A stretch of DNA of 32,000 nucleotides from Methanothermus fervidus DSM 2088 (GTDB lineage: Archaea; Methanobacteriota; Methanobacteria; DSM-2088; Methanothermaceae). The stretch spans positions 1,110,001 through 1,142,000 of the forward strand of contig CP002278.1 in NCBI GenBank assembly GCA_000166095.1, in the 5' to 3' direction. The notes beneath the pieces were generated by a model, which worked only from the letters and a program-made list of their open reading frames with translations, had not been told where the DNA came from and did no database searches. Below, in pieces: positions 7,734-17,951 of the stretch. Made by a program: the position numbers and the translations under genes. Position 1 is the stretch's first letter. Each line of letters opens with the position of its first letter.

Positions 7734-8411
7734 ATGAAGATAATATCAGTAATAGGTAAGAAAGATACTGGTAAAACAACGTTGGTAAGAAAAATAATTG
7801 AAGGGCTAAGGAGTAGAGGTTATAAAGTTGCAGGATTAAAACATGCGCATGTGTATTTTGATTTTCGTGATAAAGACACTGGCAAATATAGAGAAAGTGG
7901 TGCTGAAATTGTAGCTGGGTTAGGTAAGGAAACATTTATATTATTGGATAAAGAATTAAAGCCAGAATATTTAATATATTTGATTTCATTTATTCAAAAT
8001 CCAGATTTTTTGGTTATTGAGGGTTTTAAGACATGGAAATTTGCAAATATTTCCACATCTCCGGAAGTTAAGAATAAATTTACAATAGCTACTGTTGATG
8101 AAAATTTTGAAATTGAAGAACTGTTGGATTTAATAGAGGAAAGAAGTTATGGATTGTTGCTTAACTTAAATTGTGGTAAGTGTGGATTTGACACATGTGA
8201 GGAGTTTGCTATTGCAAAAATTAAAGGTGAGGATGTAGAATGTAAAAGTCAGCCAAAAGATGCTATGTTAATTGTAGATGATGTTCCAGTTCCTTTAAAT
8301 CCATTTGTACAGAAAATTATCGCCAGTACGATTACAGGGATGATAAAAAGTCTTAAAATGGAAAAAAGCAAAATAAACAATATAAAGCTTTTTATAAAAA
8401 ATTTAGAATAA
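7734..8411 (+). CDS. mobB: MobB-like P-loop protein (molybdopterin-guanine dinucleotide biosynthesis adapter) fused to a C-terminal Cys-cluster domain
   Basis: 225 aa. N-terminus [14 protein letters not shown] (Walker A) and a MobB-like core to ~residue 100. C-terminal [13 protein letters not shown]...C motif (Cys147, 150, 155, 170) resembles the CG.CG...C Fe-S domain at the N-termini of RnfB / corrinoid Fe-S proteins. Confidence 0.7.
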   Translation: MKIISVIGKKDTGKTTLVRKIIEGLRSRGYKVAGLKHAHVYFDFRDKDTGKYRESGAEIVAGLGKETFILLDKELKPEYLIYLISFIQNPDFLVIEGFKTWKFANISTSPEVKNKFTIATVDENFEIEELLDLIEERSYGLLLNLNCGKCGFDTCEEFAIAKIKGEDVECKSQPKDAMLIVDDVPVPLNPFVQKIIASTITGMIKSLKMEKSKINNIKLFIKNLE

Positions 8412-8867
8412 AAATTTTATTTCTTCTTCTTTTATTAATCTTTCACAATAATAACATCTAAGAGTTACTGGTTCTTTGTCAACAACGTAAAATTTTGTTT
8501 TTATTGGTTCATCAGCATTTGATATACAATTTGGGTTTGGACATTTAATTAGACCTTCTATTTCATCCCTCAATTGCACTTTTTCTTTTTTAACAACTTC
8601 ATAATCTCTTATAATATTTATCGTTGCTTTTGGAGCTATCAATGCTATTTGATCAACTTCTTCAGAATGTAATTCGCGATTTTCAATTTTTACAATGTCT
8701 TTTATTCCCATCCGAGATGATTCCATGTTTATTCCAATGGTTACTTTGTTTTTACCTTCTGGTATTTTAAGTATTTTAAGTACTTGTAATGCTCTACCGG
8801 CCGGTATGTGATCAATTACAGTGCCATTCTTTATTGGTTTTACTTTTAATTCCCTGATTTTTCTCAT
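8403..8867 (-). CDS. pyrI: Aspartate carbamoyltransferase regulatory chain PyrI
   Basis: [24 protein letters not shown]... plus the C-terminal zinc domain CPNPNCISN...CYYC. I prefer ATG 8867 (154 aa) over the ORF-track start 8903, which would overlap secD and adds a non-conserved [12 protein letters not shown]. Confidence 0.85.
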   Translation of the reverse strand: MRKIRELKVKPIKNGTVIDHIPAGRALQVLKILKIPEGKNKVTIGINMESSRMGIKDIVKIENRELHSEEVDQIALIAPKATINIIRDYEVVKKEKVQLRDEIEGLIKCPNPNCISNADEPIKTKFYVVDKEPVTLRCYYCERLIKEEEIKFLF

Positions 8868-8883
8868 ATTAGATTCCCTGCCT

Positions 8884-10089
8884 CTATTTTTTGAGAAATG
8901 CATACTCTATATATTTTGCAAATACAGGTCTAGTTATAAATACTCCTATTAACACTCCTATGACTGTTGTGAATGCAAATCCGCTCAGCACTCCCACACC
9001 AGTATATCCTCTAGTAAGTCCTACATATGCTAGTGGAAACATTGCAGCTATAAAAGTTCCAGCTGAAGCAAATATTATGAAAAATGCATTTCTAATCCTA
9101 TGTCTCAATCCATACACTGATTTTGCTCCTAATTTTCCAATAACTTCATCTGTAATTATTATTTGATCATCCACCCCAGTACCTATTACAGCAAGGATAC
9201 CGGCAATTGCTGGTAAATCTATATTCCATCTTATCACAGAAGCTACTCCAAGAACTAATATGACTTCTGATAATGAGGTTAAAATTATTGGAAGTGCTAA
9301 TTTAATGTTCCTATACCTTATAGTTATGAAAATTGAAACCGCTATTATTGCCAATGCTCCAGCTATTACAGCGCCTTTTGAAAATTCTTTACCAAGTTCG
9401 GGTGATATATTATCTATACCTACTATTTTTACTTTTACAGGTAGTGTACCTGCCTTCAATATTGTTTCAACTTCTTTAGCTTCAGCTTCGGCATATTCTT
9501 TATTTGGAGCATATCCACTAACTTCAACCTCTGTAACAGGTTTTCCAGCAGCCACATCAGGAGATATTTCTGGAGATGTAATTAATCTATCATCTAAATA
9601 CATCTTAACTGGTTGTCCTGCTTTACCTTTGGCAATATCTGCAAATCTTTTGGCAGCATCTGGTGACAACCTGAATGGTACTTGCCATTTATTACCTGTT
9701 ACAATAGGTGGCTGTACACTTACAATGTCTGCACCAGTGAAAACAACTTCATTTCCTATCTTAGCTTCAAATTTTCCAGGGGTTCCAATTATCTTAGTAA
9801 CTTTTTCAGGTTGAACACCTGCAATTTCTACAAGTACATATTGATTCCCACTTGGCCGAACCTTAACATCCTTAATACCAAAAACATTCAACCTTTTATC
9901 AAGTATTGAAACAACAGTGTTCATAGTGTCCTTATCTACAGGCTTCTCTAGTTGTAATTGTACAAGAGATCCACCTTTGAGATCTAATCCCTGTTGGATT
10001 CCCAGGACTGTAATAGAAATTATACTTAATATTGTGAGGATTATCAAAAGTAAAACTCTTGGTTCTTTAATAAATTTTGTAAAATTCAT
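8884..10089 (-). CDS. secD: Protein-export membrane protein SecD
   Basis: N-terminal TM, large periplasmic-type domain, six C-terminal TMs ([19 protein letters not shown]). ATG 10089 overlaps the secF TGA (ATGA) and has GGAGG 5 nt upstream, so it is preferred over 10110. Confidence 0.85.
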   Translation of the reverse strand: MNFTKFIKEPRVLLLIILTILSIISITVLGIQQGLDLKGGSLVQLQLEKPVDKDTMNTVVSILDKRLNVFGIKDVKVRPSGNQYVLVEIAGVQPEKVTKIIGTPGKFEAKIGNEVVFTGADIVSVQPPIVTGNKWQVPFRLSPDAAKRFADIAKGKAGQPVKMYLDDRLITSPEISPDVAAGKPVTEVEVSGYAPNKEYAEAEAKEVETILKAGTLPVKVKIVGIDNISPELGKEFSKGAVIAGALAIIAVSIFITIRYRNIKLALPIILTSLSEVILVLGVASVIRWNIDLPAIAGILAVIGTGVDDQIIITDEVIGKLGAKSVYGLRHRIRNAFFIIFASAGTFIAAMFPLAYVGLTRGYTGVGVLSGFAFTTVIGVLIGVFITRPVFAKYIEYAFLKK

Positions 10090-10922
10090 CTTTTGGCCTC
10101 CAAATACCATCTAATTATTCCAAGATTCATAAACCAAGTACAAAGGATGTCAGCGAAAATTCCAATAATTAAAACAGCGGCTATATTGCTAAGTGTTTTA
10201 GCCTGTGGCATTATGACCATAGTCACTATGTAGAGGCATGCCATAGAAACTATTGCAGTTATGGACATAGTAATACCAGTCTTCATTGCATTTATAGCTC
10301 TTGATGTAATACTACCTCTTTTTCTTTTTAAAACTCTTGTAGTTAAAAGAATATCTGTATCTACACTATAACCAATTAACATCAAAATTGCACCTACAGA
10401 GGCAACAGAAAGTGGGATTCTAAGTATTGACATCCCACCCAGTGCTACTATAATGTCACAAACTGCAGCTAAAATAACTGCTATGGATGGGACCACATCT
10501 CTAAACGCTATAAATACAGCTATAGACATAAATAGAAATGCAAAAGCCAATGCCCAATATATTTGAGCCAATGCTTCTTTACTAAGTACTGGTCCTACTG
10601 ATCTACATCCTATAATTGTAGCTTTTCCTTTCAAATCTTCTGACAATTTTCCAACATCTATTTCTTTTCCAACTTCTACTGTAACCTTTGTTGGAGATGT
10701 AAACAATACAGTCACATCTGAAGTGTTAAGACTCTTAATAAATAGTGATTTCAATTCCAACTCATTCATAGGTTTCTCTAATTTTAATTCAACCATTGAT
10801 CCTCCTTTAATATCTATGCCTTTCTCAATCCCATTTACAGCAATAATAAAAATTGAAAGTAATGTAATTGTAACAGGGATTAATATTAGGAGTTTGTAAG
10901 ATTTCATTAATTTTTTAAACAT
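10086..10922 (-). CDS. secF: Protein-export membrane protein SecF
   Basis: SecF pattern: N-terminal TM, GIDIKGG, C-terminal TM bundle ([18 protein letters not shown]). The start is ambiguous: GTG 10931, ATG 10922 (GGTGA SD, preferred) or ATG 10907. Confidence 0.8.
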   Translation of the reverse strand: MFKKLMKSYKLLILIPVTITLLSIFIIAVNGIEKGIDIKGGSMVELKLEKPMNELELKSLFIKSLNTSDVTVLFTSPTKVTVEVGKEIDVGKLSEDLKGKATIIGCRSVGPVLSKEALAQIYWALAFAFLFMSIAVFIAFRDVVPSIAVILAAVCDIIVALGGMSILRIPLSVASVGAILMLIGYSVDTDILLTTRVLKRKRGSITSRAINAMKTGITMSITAIVSMACLYIVTMVIMPQAKTLSNIAAVLIIGIFADILCTWFMNLGIIRWYLEAKR

Positions 10923-11400
10923 TAATTTCACCCAATTTTTTTATTGTTTCTTCCTTAATCTCTTCTTTATTTTTATCTCTAGTTTTTATACTAAATGCTC
11001 CAATAACTTTCCCATTTTTTGAATATATTTTCTCTTTCATTGTTTTGATTGCATTGTCACCGCCATGAGCTGCCATAGTGACAAAAATTACAACATTTTT
11101 GTTTGAAAAATCAGAATTATCGATAAATGTTAAAATAGCAGGCGCAGGATTTCTTGCCCACACTGGAGAACCAATATATATTACATCATACTTCTTTAAA
11201 TCTATAGATCTTGGGGTTATATCTGTTTTTTTCTTTAGTAGTGCATCTACTATAGCTAAAAAAATTCCAAAGAATCCTCGCCTATTTTTAAGATCCTCAA
11301 TTTTAACAAGTTCAGCTTTAGTTTCTTTAGCTATTGTTTTTGCCACAACTTCAGTATTTCCAGTTCTTGAATAATATATAACTATAGGATTTATTTTCAT
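10915..11400 (-). CDS. Flavodoxin-family protein
   Basis: IVIYYSRTGNTEVVAKTIA FMN-binding loop (S.TGNT). ~161 aa from ATG 11400 (GAGG just upstream); the ORF-track start 11415 is a TTG. Confidence 0.65.
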   Translation of the reverse strand: MKINPIVIYYSRTGNTEVVAKTIAKETKAELVKIEDLKNRRGFFGIFLAIVDALLKKKTDITPRSIDLKKYDVIYIGSPVWARNPAPAILTFIDNSDFSNKNVVIFVTMAAHGGDNAIKTMKEKIYSKNGKVIGAFSIKTRDKNKEEIKEETIKKLGEINV

Positions 11401-11415
11401 CCTCAAACTCTCCAA

Positions 11416-12420
11416 TTATGGATGTAAACCAAGATTGTCAAGACCTTCAGTCTCATCAAATCCTAGCATTAGATTCATATTTTGTATCGCCTGACCTGAG
11501 GCACCTTTAACAAGATTATCTATTACAGAAATTACTACTAATCTATTATTTTTATCTATACCAAAGCCACCAATATGACAATAATTTGATCCTCTTACTG
11601 CACTAGGTTCGGGAGTCTCGTCTATAACTATCACAAATGGTTCATTGGAATAATATTCCTTATAAATTTTTTCAATTTTTTCAACATCAATATTTTCTTC
11701 TAAAAAAGCATGTACGGTAGTTAATATTCCACGTATGATAGGTATAAGATGTGGTGTAAAAGATACTTGTACATCTGAAATTTTCTTCAATTCTTGTTCT
11801 ATTTCAGGTGTATGTCTATGTGTTGTAATTTGATATGGAATTATATTATCACTGCACTCTGGAAAATGTGTCATATGGCTTGGATTAATACCTGCGCCGC
11901 TTACACCTGTTTTAGAATCTATAACTATCATTTTGGTTAAATTTTTATGGACTAAAGGCAAACATGCAAGTATAGCTCCAGTAGGAAAACATCCTGGATT
12001 AGCAACCAAATCTGCCTTTTTTATTTCATCTCTATATAATTCAGGTAATCCATAGACAGCGTCCAGAGGGTGTTCATGTTTTATACCATACCATTTTTCA
12101 TATACTTCAACATTGTCAAACCTATAATCTCCACTTAGATCTATTACCCTTATTCCTCTCTCTAATATCTTGGGAACAATTTTCATTGATGCACCATGAG
12201 GAGTTGCAGTGAAAACTAAGTCAGCGTCAATATCTTCAGGATCAATGTTTTTAAATTTTAATCCTGTGTTTTGTAAGTGTGGATGGATTTTGTGGATAGG
12301 AACTCCATCATGCTTTCTTGATGCAGCAGCAACTATTTCGATATTAGGATGTTTTATAAGAAATCTAAGTAATTCGCCACCAGTGTATCCACTAGCACCA
12401 ACAATAGCTACTTCAGCCAT
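11416..12420 (-). CDS. argC: N-acetyl-gamma-glutamyl-phosphate reductase (ArgC; a LysY-type dual function is possible)
   Basis: 334 aa. [18 protein letters not shown] Rossmann motif, active-site [10 protein letters not shown]-terminal [16 protein letters not shown]. Confidence 0.9.
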   Translation of the reverse strand: MAEVAIVGASGYTGGELLRFLIKHPNIEIVAAASRKHDGVPIHKIHPHLQNTGLKFKNIDPEDIDADLVFTATPHGASMKIVPKILERGIRVIDLSGDYRFDNVEVYEKWYGIKHEHPLDAVYGLPELYRDEIKKADLVANPGCFPTGAILACLPLVHKNLTKMIVIDSKTGVSGAGINPSHMTHFPECSDNIIPYQITTHRHTPEIEQELKKISDVQVSFTPHLIPIIRGILTTVHAFLEENIDVEKIEKIYKEYYSNEPFVIVIDETPEPSAVRGSNYCHIGGFGIDKNNRLVVISVIDNLVKGASGQAIQNMNLMLGFDETEGLDNLGLHP

Positions 12421-12433
12421 TCAGATCACCATA

Positions 12434-12871
12434 CTAACATTTTTCAATATCATCGAATTTCATCTGTTTAATCTTTTTAATAATTTTACAAGTGCTATCA
12501 AGTGGTGACTTCTTATATTCTTTAATTCTAACAACTTTACAATCAATATTCCTTTTTTTTAATTCTTTTTGGAGTTCTTTTTCATCAAAATCTTGATCAG
12601 GGCCCAAAGCAATTATATCAGGTTTTATTTTTTCTACGGTTTTGAAAATATCACCTTCACATCCTAAATATGCTTCATCTACAGGTTTTAACATTTTAAC
12701 AACTTCTAATCTTTGTTTTTCATTTATTACAGGTTTTCTTTTTCTTGCTCTAACTGTTGAATCTCTTGCAACTATAACCACAAGTTTTGAATTTTTACCA
12801 CCTAATTCTTTTGCTTTTTTTAAATAAAAACCATGCCCTGGATGTATTATATCAAAAGTGCCTGTGGCCAT
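12434..12871 (-). CDS. ribL: Archaeal FAD synthase RibL (CTP-dependent FMN adenylyl/cytidylyltransferase family)
   Basis: 145 aa. [10 protein letters not shown] nucleotidyltransferase motif, VIVARD, ALGPDQ; size and pattern match archaeal RibL. Confidence 0.75.
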   Translation of the reverse strand: MATGTFDIIHPGHGFYLKKAKELGGKNSKLVVIVARDSTVRARKRKPVINEKQRLEVVKMLKPVDEAYLGCEGDIFKTVEKIKPDIIALGPDQDFDEKELQKELKKRNIDCKVVRIKEYKKSPLDSTCKIIKKIKQMKFDDIEKC

Positions 12872-12873
12872 TA

Positions 12874-13587
12874 CTATTTTTCGTATTCTAGAACCTCCTT
12901 TAAGTTTATTTTACCTTTATATAGTGCAGAACCAATTACAACGCCATAAACACCAATATTTTTTAATTTTTTAATATCTTCTATTGAGCTAACTCCTCCT
13001 GAATATACTATTGGAATATTTACAGATTTAACCAATTTTTTAACGATTTTTGTTTCTATACCACTCATCAAACCTTCTACATCTACATTTGTATATAGTA
13101 TACTTCCAACACCTATTTTTTGGAATAATTTGGCAAGTTCTATTGGATTTTTGGTTGTGGTTTTGGTCCAACCTTCAACAACGACTTTAGAGCTTTTACT
13201 GTCTAGAGCCACCATTATTCTTTCACTACCATAAATATTTACAAGTTTTTCCACAATTTTAGGTTTTTTAATGGCTATAGTTCCTAATATTATTCTTTTT
13301 ATTCCCAAATTCAATAATTTTTCGGCATATTTTTTTGTTCTAATACCACCACCAAATTGAATTGGAATGGAAACTGTGTTCAATATTTTTTTCACAATTT
13401 TTAAATTATTTCCAGTTCCAAATGCTCCATCTAAATCTACAATATGTAACAATTTTGCACCTTTCTTTTCCCACATTTTAGATACATACACCGGATCGTC
13501 TATTACCACTTGTTCACTTCCAGGTTTCCCTTGTACCAACTGTACACACTTTCCTTCTTTAATATCTATTGCAGGGATTATTATCAT
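12874..13587 (-). CDS. hisA: ProFAR isomerase HisA (histidine biosynthesis)
   Basis: [17 protein letters not shown]..., DLDGA, GGGIR, SGGVSS motifs. ATG 13587 has AGGAGG 7 nt upstream. The 20-codon extension to 13647 lies in repeat copy C and is rejected. Confidence 0.9.
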   Translation of the reverse strand: MIIIPAIDIKEGKCVQLVQGKPGSEQVVIDDPVYVSKMWEKKGAKLLHIVDLDGAFGTGNNLKIVKKILNTVSIPIQFGGGIRTKKYAEKLLNLGIKRIILGTIAIKKPKIVEKLVNIYGSERIMVALDSKSSKVVVEGWTKTTTKNPIELAKLFQKIGVGSILYTNVDVEGLMSGIETKIVKKLVKSVNIPIVYSGGVSSIEDIKKLKNIGVYGVVIGSALYKGKINLKEVLEYEK

Positions 13588-13630
13588 TGAGTTACCTCCT
13601 GTGGAACTTCCAGCTTCATCAAAAAAGTAT

Positions 13631-13973
13631 AATCCTAAGTAGAGCATTTTTCTAAATAAGCAGTCAGAGCTACTCCACTCCTCAACAATACTCTACATAT
13701 AGACTATGTTAGAAAAATAATTATAAACATTCCTACAAATCTCTAAACTTTCCAATAGCTTATTTTTTGTTTTTCACGGGATAAGTCTGGATTTATATGC
13801 TATGACATAAAGAAAAGTAATGGATTTATATATAGTTTTCTTAATTTCTAGAGCATTTTTGGAGAGAGAAAGAGGAAGTAAAAGAAGAGTTGTGTATATT
13901 TTTTAGAACAAGTGCTAATTTTGTGCTTCATCTATATAAATACTTTTCTTATTTCTCTCAATCCCTGATAGAG
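13631..13973. repeat. Dispersed non-coding repeat, copy C (module 1 truncated at its left end; module 2 complete)
   Basis: 13631-13705 aligns with the right part of module 1 (7463-7530, 1519-1600). 13706-13973 aligns with 1621-1882. Confidence 0.8.
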
Positions 13974-14139
13974 TGGAAATCTGTTTTCTCCTATCAAGTT
14001 TTTTGGTTTCCACAAAAGCTCCATTAAAATTCAACCAAAATGCTTTAAGATCCTGATAACTTTTCACACACTTACGTATCTTCCATATATTATGAATGTT
14101 TAACATTATCTTACAAGAAATCTTTTTTGGAGGTAAGTT

Positions 14140-14925
14140 ATGCATACACCTAAAGTATTGAAAATAGATGAAGTGATAAGGGAATCTAAAGACGTAAAAA
14201 CCTTTATTTTTAAATGGAATGGAAAAATGCCACAACCTGGGCAGTTTATGATGGTATGGAATTTTAAAGATGAAAAACCTATGTCTGTTTCTTTCATAGA
14301 CCATGTGGAGAGAAAAATAGGTATTTCAATAAAAAAAGTAGGAGAATTTACATCTGAAGTACATAAATTAACTCCAGGCGACATGCTTGGCTTGAGAGGA
14401 CCATATGGCCGCAGTTTCAAAATAATCGGTGAAAAAATACTTGCAATCGGTGGCGGAATTGGAATGGCACCGATTGTACCTTTAATTGAAGAAGCAAGAA
14501 AAAGAGATGTCAAGGTAGATGCTGTTGTGGCTGCAAAAACTAAAGATGAATTATTATTTTTAAAAAGAATTAAAAAATCTGGTGCAAAAATATTTCCATG
14601 TACTGAAGATGGTAGTTATGGATTTAAAGGTTTAGTAACAGAATTTATTTCTAATAAACTCAATGAAAATCAATATGATATGGCTGTTGTATGTGGTCCT
14701 GAATTAATGATGAAAAAATTATTTGAAATATTAGATATTCCCACACAATTTTCATTGGAAAGATATATGAAGTGTGGCTGTGGAATTTGTGGCCAATGTT
14801 GTGTTGATAAAACTGGTTGGAGAGTATGTGTTGAAGGCCCTGTTTTTTGGGATTATGAGTTAAAAATGATAGAAGAATTTGGAGTCTACAAAAGAAATTC
14901 TAAAGGAATTCCAAAAAAATTTTGA
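14140..14925 (+). CDS. pyrK: Dihydroorotate dehydrogenase electron-transfer subunit PyrK-like (FAD/NAD-binding, 2Fe-2S)
   Basis: 261 aa. PGQFMMV, GPYG, GGGIGMAP, CGPELMM, C-terminal CGCGICGQC...C cluster. GGAGGT SD. No pyrD is adjacent, so the partner enzyme is not confirmed. Confidence 0.75.
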   Translation: MHTPKVLKIDEVIRESKDVKTFIFKWNGKMPQPGQFMMVWNFKDEKPMSVSFIDHVERKIGISIKKVGEFTSEVHKLTPGDMLGLRGPYGRSFKIIGEKILAIGGGIGMAPIVPLIEEARKRDVKVDAVVAAKTKDELLFLKRIKKSGAKIFPCTEDGSYGFKGLVTEFISNKLNENQYDMAVVCGPELMMKKLFEILDIPTQFSLERYMKCGCGICGQCCVDKTGWRVCVEGPVFWDYELKMIEEFGVYKRNSKGIPKKF

Positions 14926-14940
14926 TAAAAATGCGGAGGA

Positions 14941-15924
14941 TTGATTGTGAAGGCTGATTTGGGTAAAGTAATGACATCGGTCCCATTTTTAACTATAATT
15001 CTAGTTATCTTATCATTCATTGTACTTTATCCTTTATTCACGACTTTAATTTTAAGCGCTGTTTTTGCTTATGGAACAAATTTGATTTCAAAAAAATTTG
15101 AGAAAAAGGTTAAATATAAATCACTCTCCATAACGATTGGAATGATAACTATAGTTTTGCCAATATTATTTGTTTTATTATTTCTTTTTTATTCGCTTCT
15201 AAATGCTTTACCTTCTCTTATTAAAGTTGTAAATGTTCACAGCATAATGAAATACATACCATTTAAAGTACCTACAGATATAATAACAGATTTAACCCAT
15301 AGGGTTGTAGAATTTGTATTTGTTTATCTATTAGAGCTGGTACGTTCCCTACCAACTTTGTCAATACATCTACTTGTGTTTATTATGTCAACATTTTATT
15401 TGGCACGAGATGGAACAAAATTGATACAATATATACGTTCAATATTACCTAAAAATAAAGTAAAACTCTTCAATAAAATGCTTAGAGAAATTGAAGTTAC
15501 CATAAGAGCAATATTTTATGGACATTTTCTTGCCGCATTAATAGTAGGTATATTTGCTACTATGGCATATTATATACTTGGATATCCATTTCCTGCTATT
15601 CTAGGCGTTATAACAATGTTTACAACAGTTATACCAGTTATAGGACCTTGGCCTGTCTATCTTTCTCTTGGAATATATGATATAATTCATGGCAATGTTA
15701 TTAGAGGGGTTGCAATAATAGTTTTTGGGAAAAGTTTAGGATTTTTAGATGTTTATTTGAGGACAGAATTAGGAGGTAAGTATGCAGAGATTCATCCGAT
15801 GTTATTTTTAGTAGGTTTTATTGGTGGCCCAATGATTTGGGGGATAGCAGGATTTATTTTAGGTCCATTAATTCTCTGTACAACTCACACTATCATAAAG
15901 ACATATAAATCTATTGAAACATGA
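14941..15924 (+). CDS. AI-2E / PerM (UPF0118) family membrane transporter
   Basis: About 8 predicted TM segments, with a typical length and hydrophobic pattern including a C-terminal G/P-rich TM. Start uncertain: TTG 14941, GTG 14947 (6 nt after GGAGGA) or ATG 14971. Confidence 0.6.
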   Translation: MIVKADLGKVMTSVPFLTIILVILSFIVLYPLFTTLILSAVFAYGTNLISKKFEKKVKYKSLSITIGMITIVLPILFVLLFLFYSLLNALPSLIKVVNVHSIMKYIPFKVPTDIITDLTHRVVEFVFVYLLELVRSLPTLSIHLLVFIMSTFYLARDGTKLIQYIRSILPKNKVKLFNKMLREIEVTIRAIFYGHFLAALIVGIFATMAYYILGYPFPAILGVITMFTTVIPVIGPWPVYLSLGIYDIIHGNVIRGVAIIVFGKSLGFLDVYLRTELGGKYAEIHPMLFLVGFIGGPMIWGIAGFILGPLILCTTHTIIKTYKSIET

Positions 15925-16804
15925 GAGGTTCTTTTAATCTCCAAAATCTACAAAATGCACATCTTTTGCCTTGTGAAGGCATTCTACATATTTCACATTC
16001 TCTTAATTCAAAGTCTTTTTTCTTAAAGATTTTTCTATTTCTTAAAAATCCACGAATAAAATTTAACTTTATTCCTGGATTATCTTTTTCCAAAATATCT
16101 AAAAATTTTTTGTATTTGATTGATGTAGCTCCTCTTGCATATTTACATTTTTTAGTTACATGCTCAATTTTAGCAAAAGATGCATATAATGATATTTCCT
16201 TATCACGTAACTCATACAGAGGCTTAATTTTTTTAACAAACTTATCTTCTGCTTCAAGTAATGGGCCTTGTTTTGATAGATAATCAATATTCCAATGTAA
16301 AATATTTGAAAAAACAAAGGCACTTTCATCATCTAAGTTATGTCCAGTAGCTACAGCAGTAAATCCATTATCATATGCAAATTTATTCATAATATATCTC
16401 TTTGTTAGACCACAATATGAACAAACAGGTCTCCTTGTTTTTACTTCACCAATACCTCTTCCAAGCAATTTTTTTATTTTTACAATATGTAATGGTAAAC
16501 CAATTTCACTAAATATTTTCTTGGAGGATTTTTTACACATTTCGGAATAATCCTCTATTCCTAAATCTATATGTAGACCTTCAAATTCATATCCCAGTTT
16601 GTTTAGTATGTATGCTAACACTAAGGAATCTTTACCACCACTAACTGCAACTAACAATTTTTCATCCTTTTCTATTAATCTATGTTTATCTATTACATTT
16701 TTAACTCTATTTTCACAATATTCTTTGAAATGATTTTCACAAAGATGCATACGTGGATATCTTATAGTTACTTCAGCTTCTTTGTTACAAAATTTACACT
16801 TCAT
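15911..16804 (-). CDS. PP-loop ATPase of the TtuA/Ncs6 (TtcA-like) tRNA 2-thiolation family
   Basis: 297 aa. N-terminal zinc finger C..C...C..H, PP-loop SGGKDS, central CSYCG plus a later Cys (Fe-S ligands), C-terminal C..C...C..C zinc finger. Confidence 0.7.
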   Translation of the reverse strand: MKCKFCNKEAEVTIRYPRMHLCENHFKEYCENRVKNVIDKHRLIEKDEKLLVAVSGGKDSLVLAYILNKLGYEFEGLHIDLGIEDYSEMCKKSSKKIFSEIGLPLHIVKIKKLLGRGIGEVKTRRPVCSYCGLTKRYIMNKFAYDNGFTAVATGHNLDDESAFVFSNILHWNIDYLSKQGPLLEAEDKFVKKIKPLYELRDKEISLYASFAKIEHVTKKCKYARGATSIKYKKFLDILEKDNPGIKLNFIRGFLRNRKIFKKKDFELRECEICRMPSQGKRCAFCRFWRLKEPLMFQ

Positions 16805-17951
16805 TTAATTCCTTCCCAATTTTTTCAATGATAATTTTTGCTAATTTACTTTTCTCCATCAGTGGAAATTCCTCTATATCCTTATTTATTATTGTTGCTT
16901 CAATTTTTGATGATCCAAATCCATTTTTTGAAACGTCATTGGCAACAACCATGTCTGCATTGGATTCTCTTTTTAATTTTTTCGCTGAATTTATCAATTC
17001 TTCTTTTGTAACATTGTATTCAGCTTTAAAACCAACAAGATAAATATTTGGATTTATTTTTTTTACTTCATTTATTACTTTGGGATTTGGTATGAGTTTT
17101 AATTCAATAGGTTTTGAAGATGAGATTTTCTTCTCATAATATTTATAAGGTTTAAAATCAGATATTGCTCCAACAGAGATAAATACATCGTAATCTCTTA
17201 CAATATCCTTTATCTTATCTAACATCTCCTCTGTTGACAATGCTTTAATTTTATTTATAGATTTGGGTATTATTTCTTCAACTCTTCCAATCAATAAGGT
17301 TACATCTGCACCTTGTATAAAAGCTTCCTTAGCAAGCTCTACACCCATCTTTCCAGAGCTTAAATTAGATATACCACGTATGGGATCTATAGGTTCATAA
17401 GTACCTCCAGCTGTTATAAGTACTCTTTTACCCTCTAGAATTCTTGGTGATATTTTTCTAAATACATTCAAAACAATATCTTCAATATCTGGGAATTTTG
17501 CTTTCCCATCCTCAATTTTTGGATCTACAAAAGTTACATTTTCATATTTTTTATCAATTTCTTCTATTTTGTCTTTTATTGCCTTATACATATGTTCATT
17601 CATCGCTGGAACAAAAATTATAGGTGTATTAGCACCACAAGCAGCTAATAATAATGTATTAATGGGATTATCAGCTATCTTACATGCAAATTTAGATATA
17701 ATATTTGCAGTAGCAGGGGCAACAACTATAGCCTCTGCTTCAGCATACTTAACATGTTCTACCTTACCTGTTAGCTCAAGTACAACCTTCTTTTTGGTTG
17801 CAAATTCCATTGCATAAGGATGTATAATTTTGCATGCATCGTCGCTCATAAAGCACTTAACATCAAAACCTCGCCTTTTCAGCTCCCTAGCTAATTTAAC
17901 AGATTCTATTGCAGCTATACTTCCAGTAACACACAAAACTATCATGCTCAT
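16794..17951 (-). CDS. coaBC: Bifunctional phosphopantothenoylcysteine decarboxylase / phosphopantothenate-cysteine ligase (CoaBC, Dfp)
   Basis: 385 aa. N-terminal flavoprotein domain (VTGSIAA, PAMN..M), C-terminal ligase domain (ITAGGT.EPIDP.R.ISN.SSGKMG). Confidence 0.85.
   Translation of the reverse strand: MSMIVLCVTGSIAAIESVKLARELKRRGFDVKCFMSDDACKIIHPYAMEFATKKKVVLELTGKVEHVKYAEAEAIVVAPATANIISKFACKIADNPINTLLLAACGANTPIIFVPAMNEHMYKAIKDKIEEIDKKYENVTFVDPKIEDGKAKFPDIEDIVLNVFRKISPRILEGKRVLITAGGTYEPIDPIRGISNLSSGKMGVELAKEAFIQGADVTLLIGRVEEIIPKSINKIKALSTEEMLDKIKDIVRDYDVFISVGAISDFKPYKYYEKKISSSKPIELKLIPNPKVINEVKKINPNIYLVGFKAEYNVTKEELINSAKKLKRESNADMVVANDVSKNGFGSSKIEATIINKDIEEFPLMEKSKLAKIIIEKIGKELNEV

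Noticed and set aside
9260-9814. 184-aa plus-strand ORF, along with other long antisense ORFs in secD, secF, argC, hisA, coaBC and polD
   Set aside because: All lie antisense to well-supported genes, have low-complexity hydrophobic translations, and lack starts with SD sequences.
1437-13973. Possibility that the repeated sequences are a CRISPR array or leader
   Set aside because: The copies are hundreds of nt long and kilobases apart. They lack regularly spaced 24-40 nt direct repeats, and no cas genes are present.
13915-14513. Two minus-strand ORFs (129 and 135 aa) spanning the repeat/pyrK boundary
   Set aside because: One runs through non-coding repeat copy C, and its homologous region in copy A is closed by stops. 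The other is antisense to pyrK. Neither has a recognisable motif.
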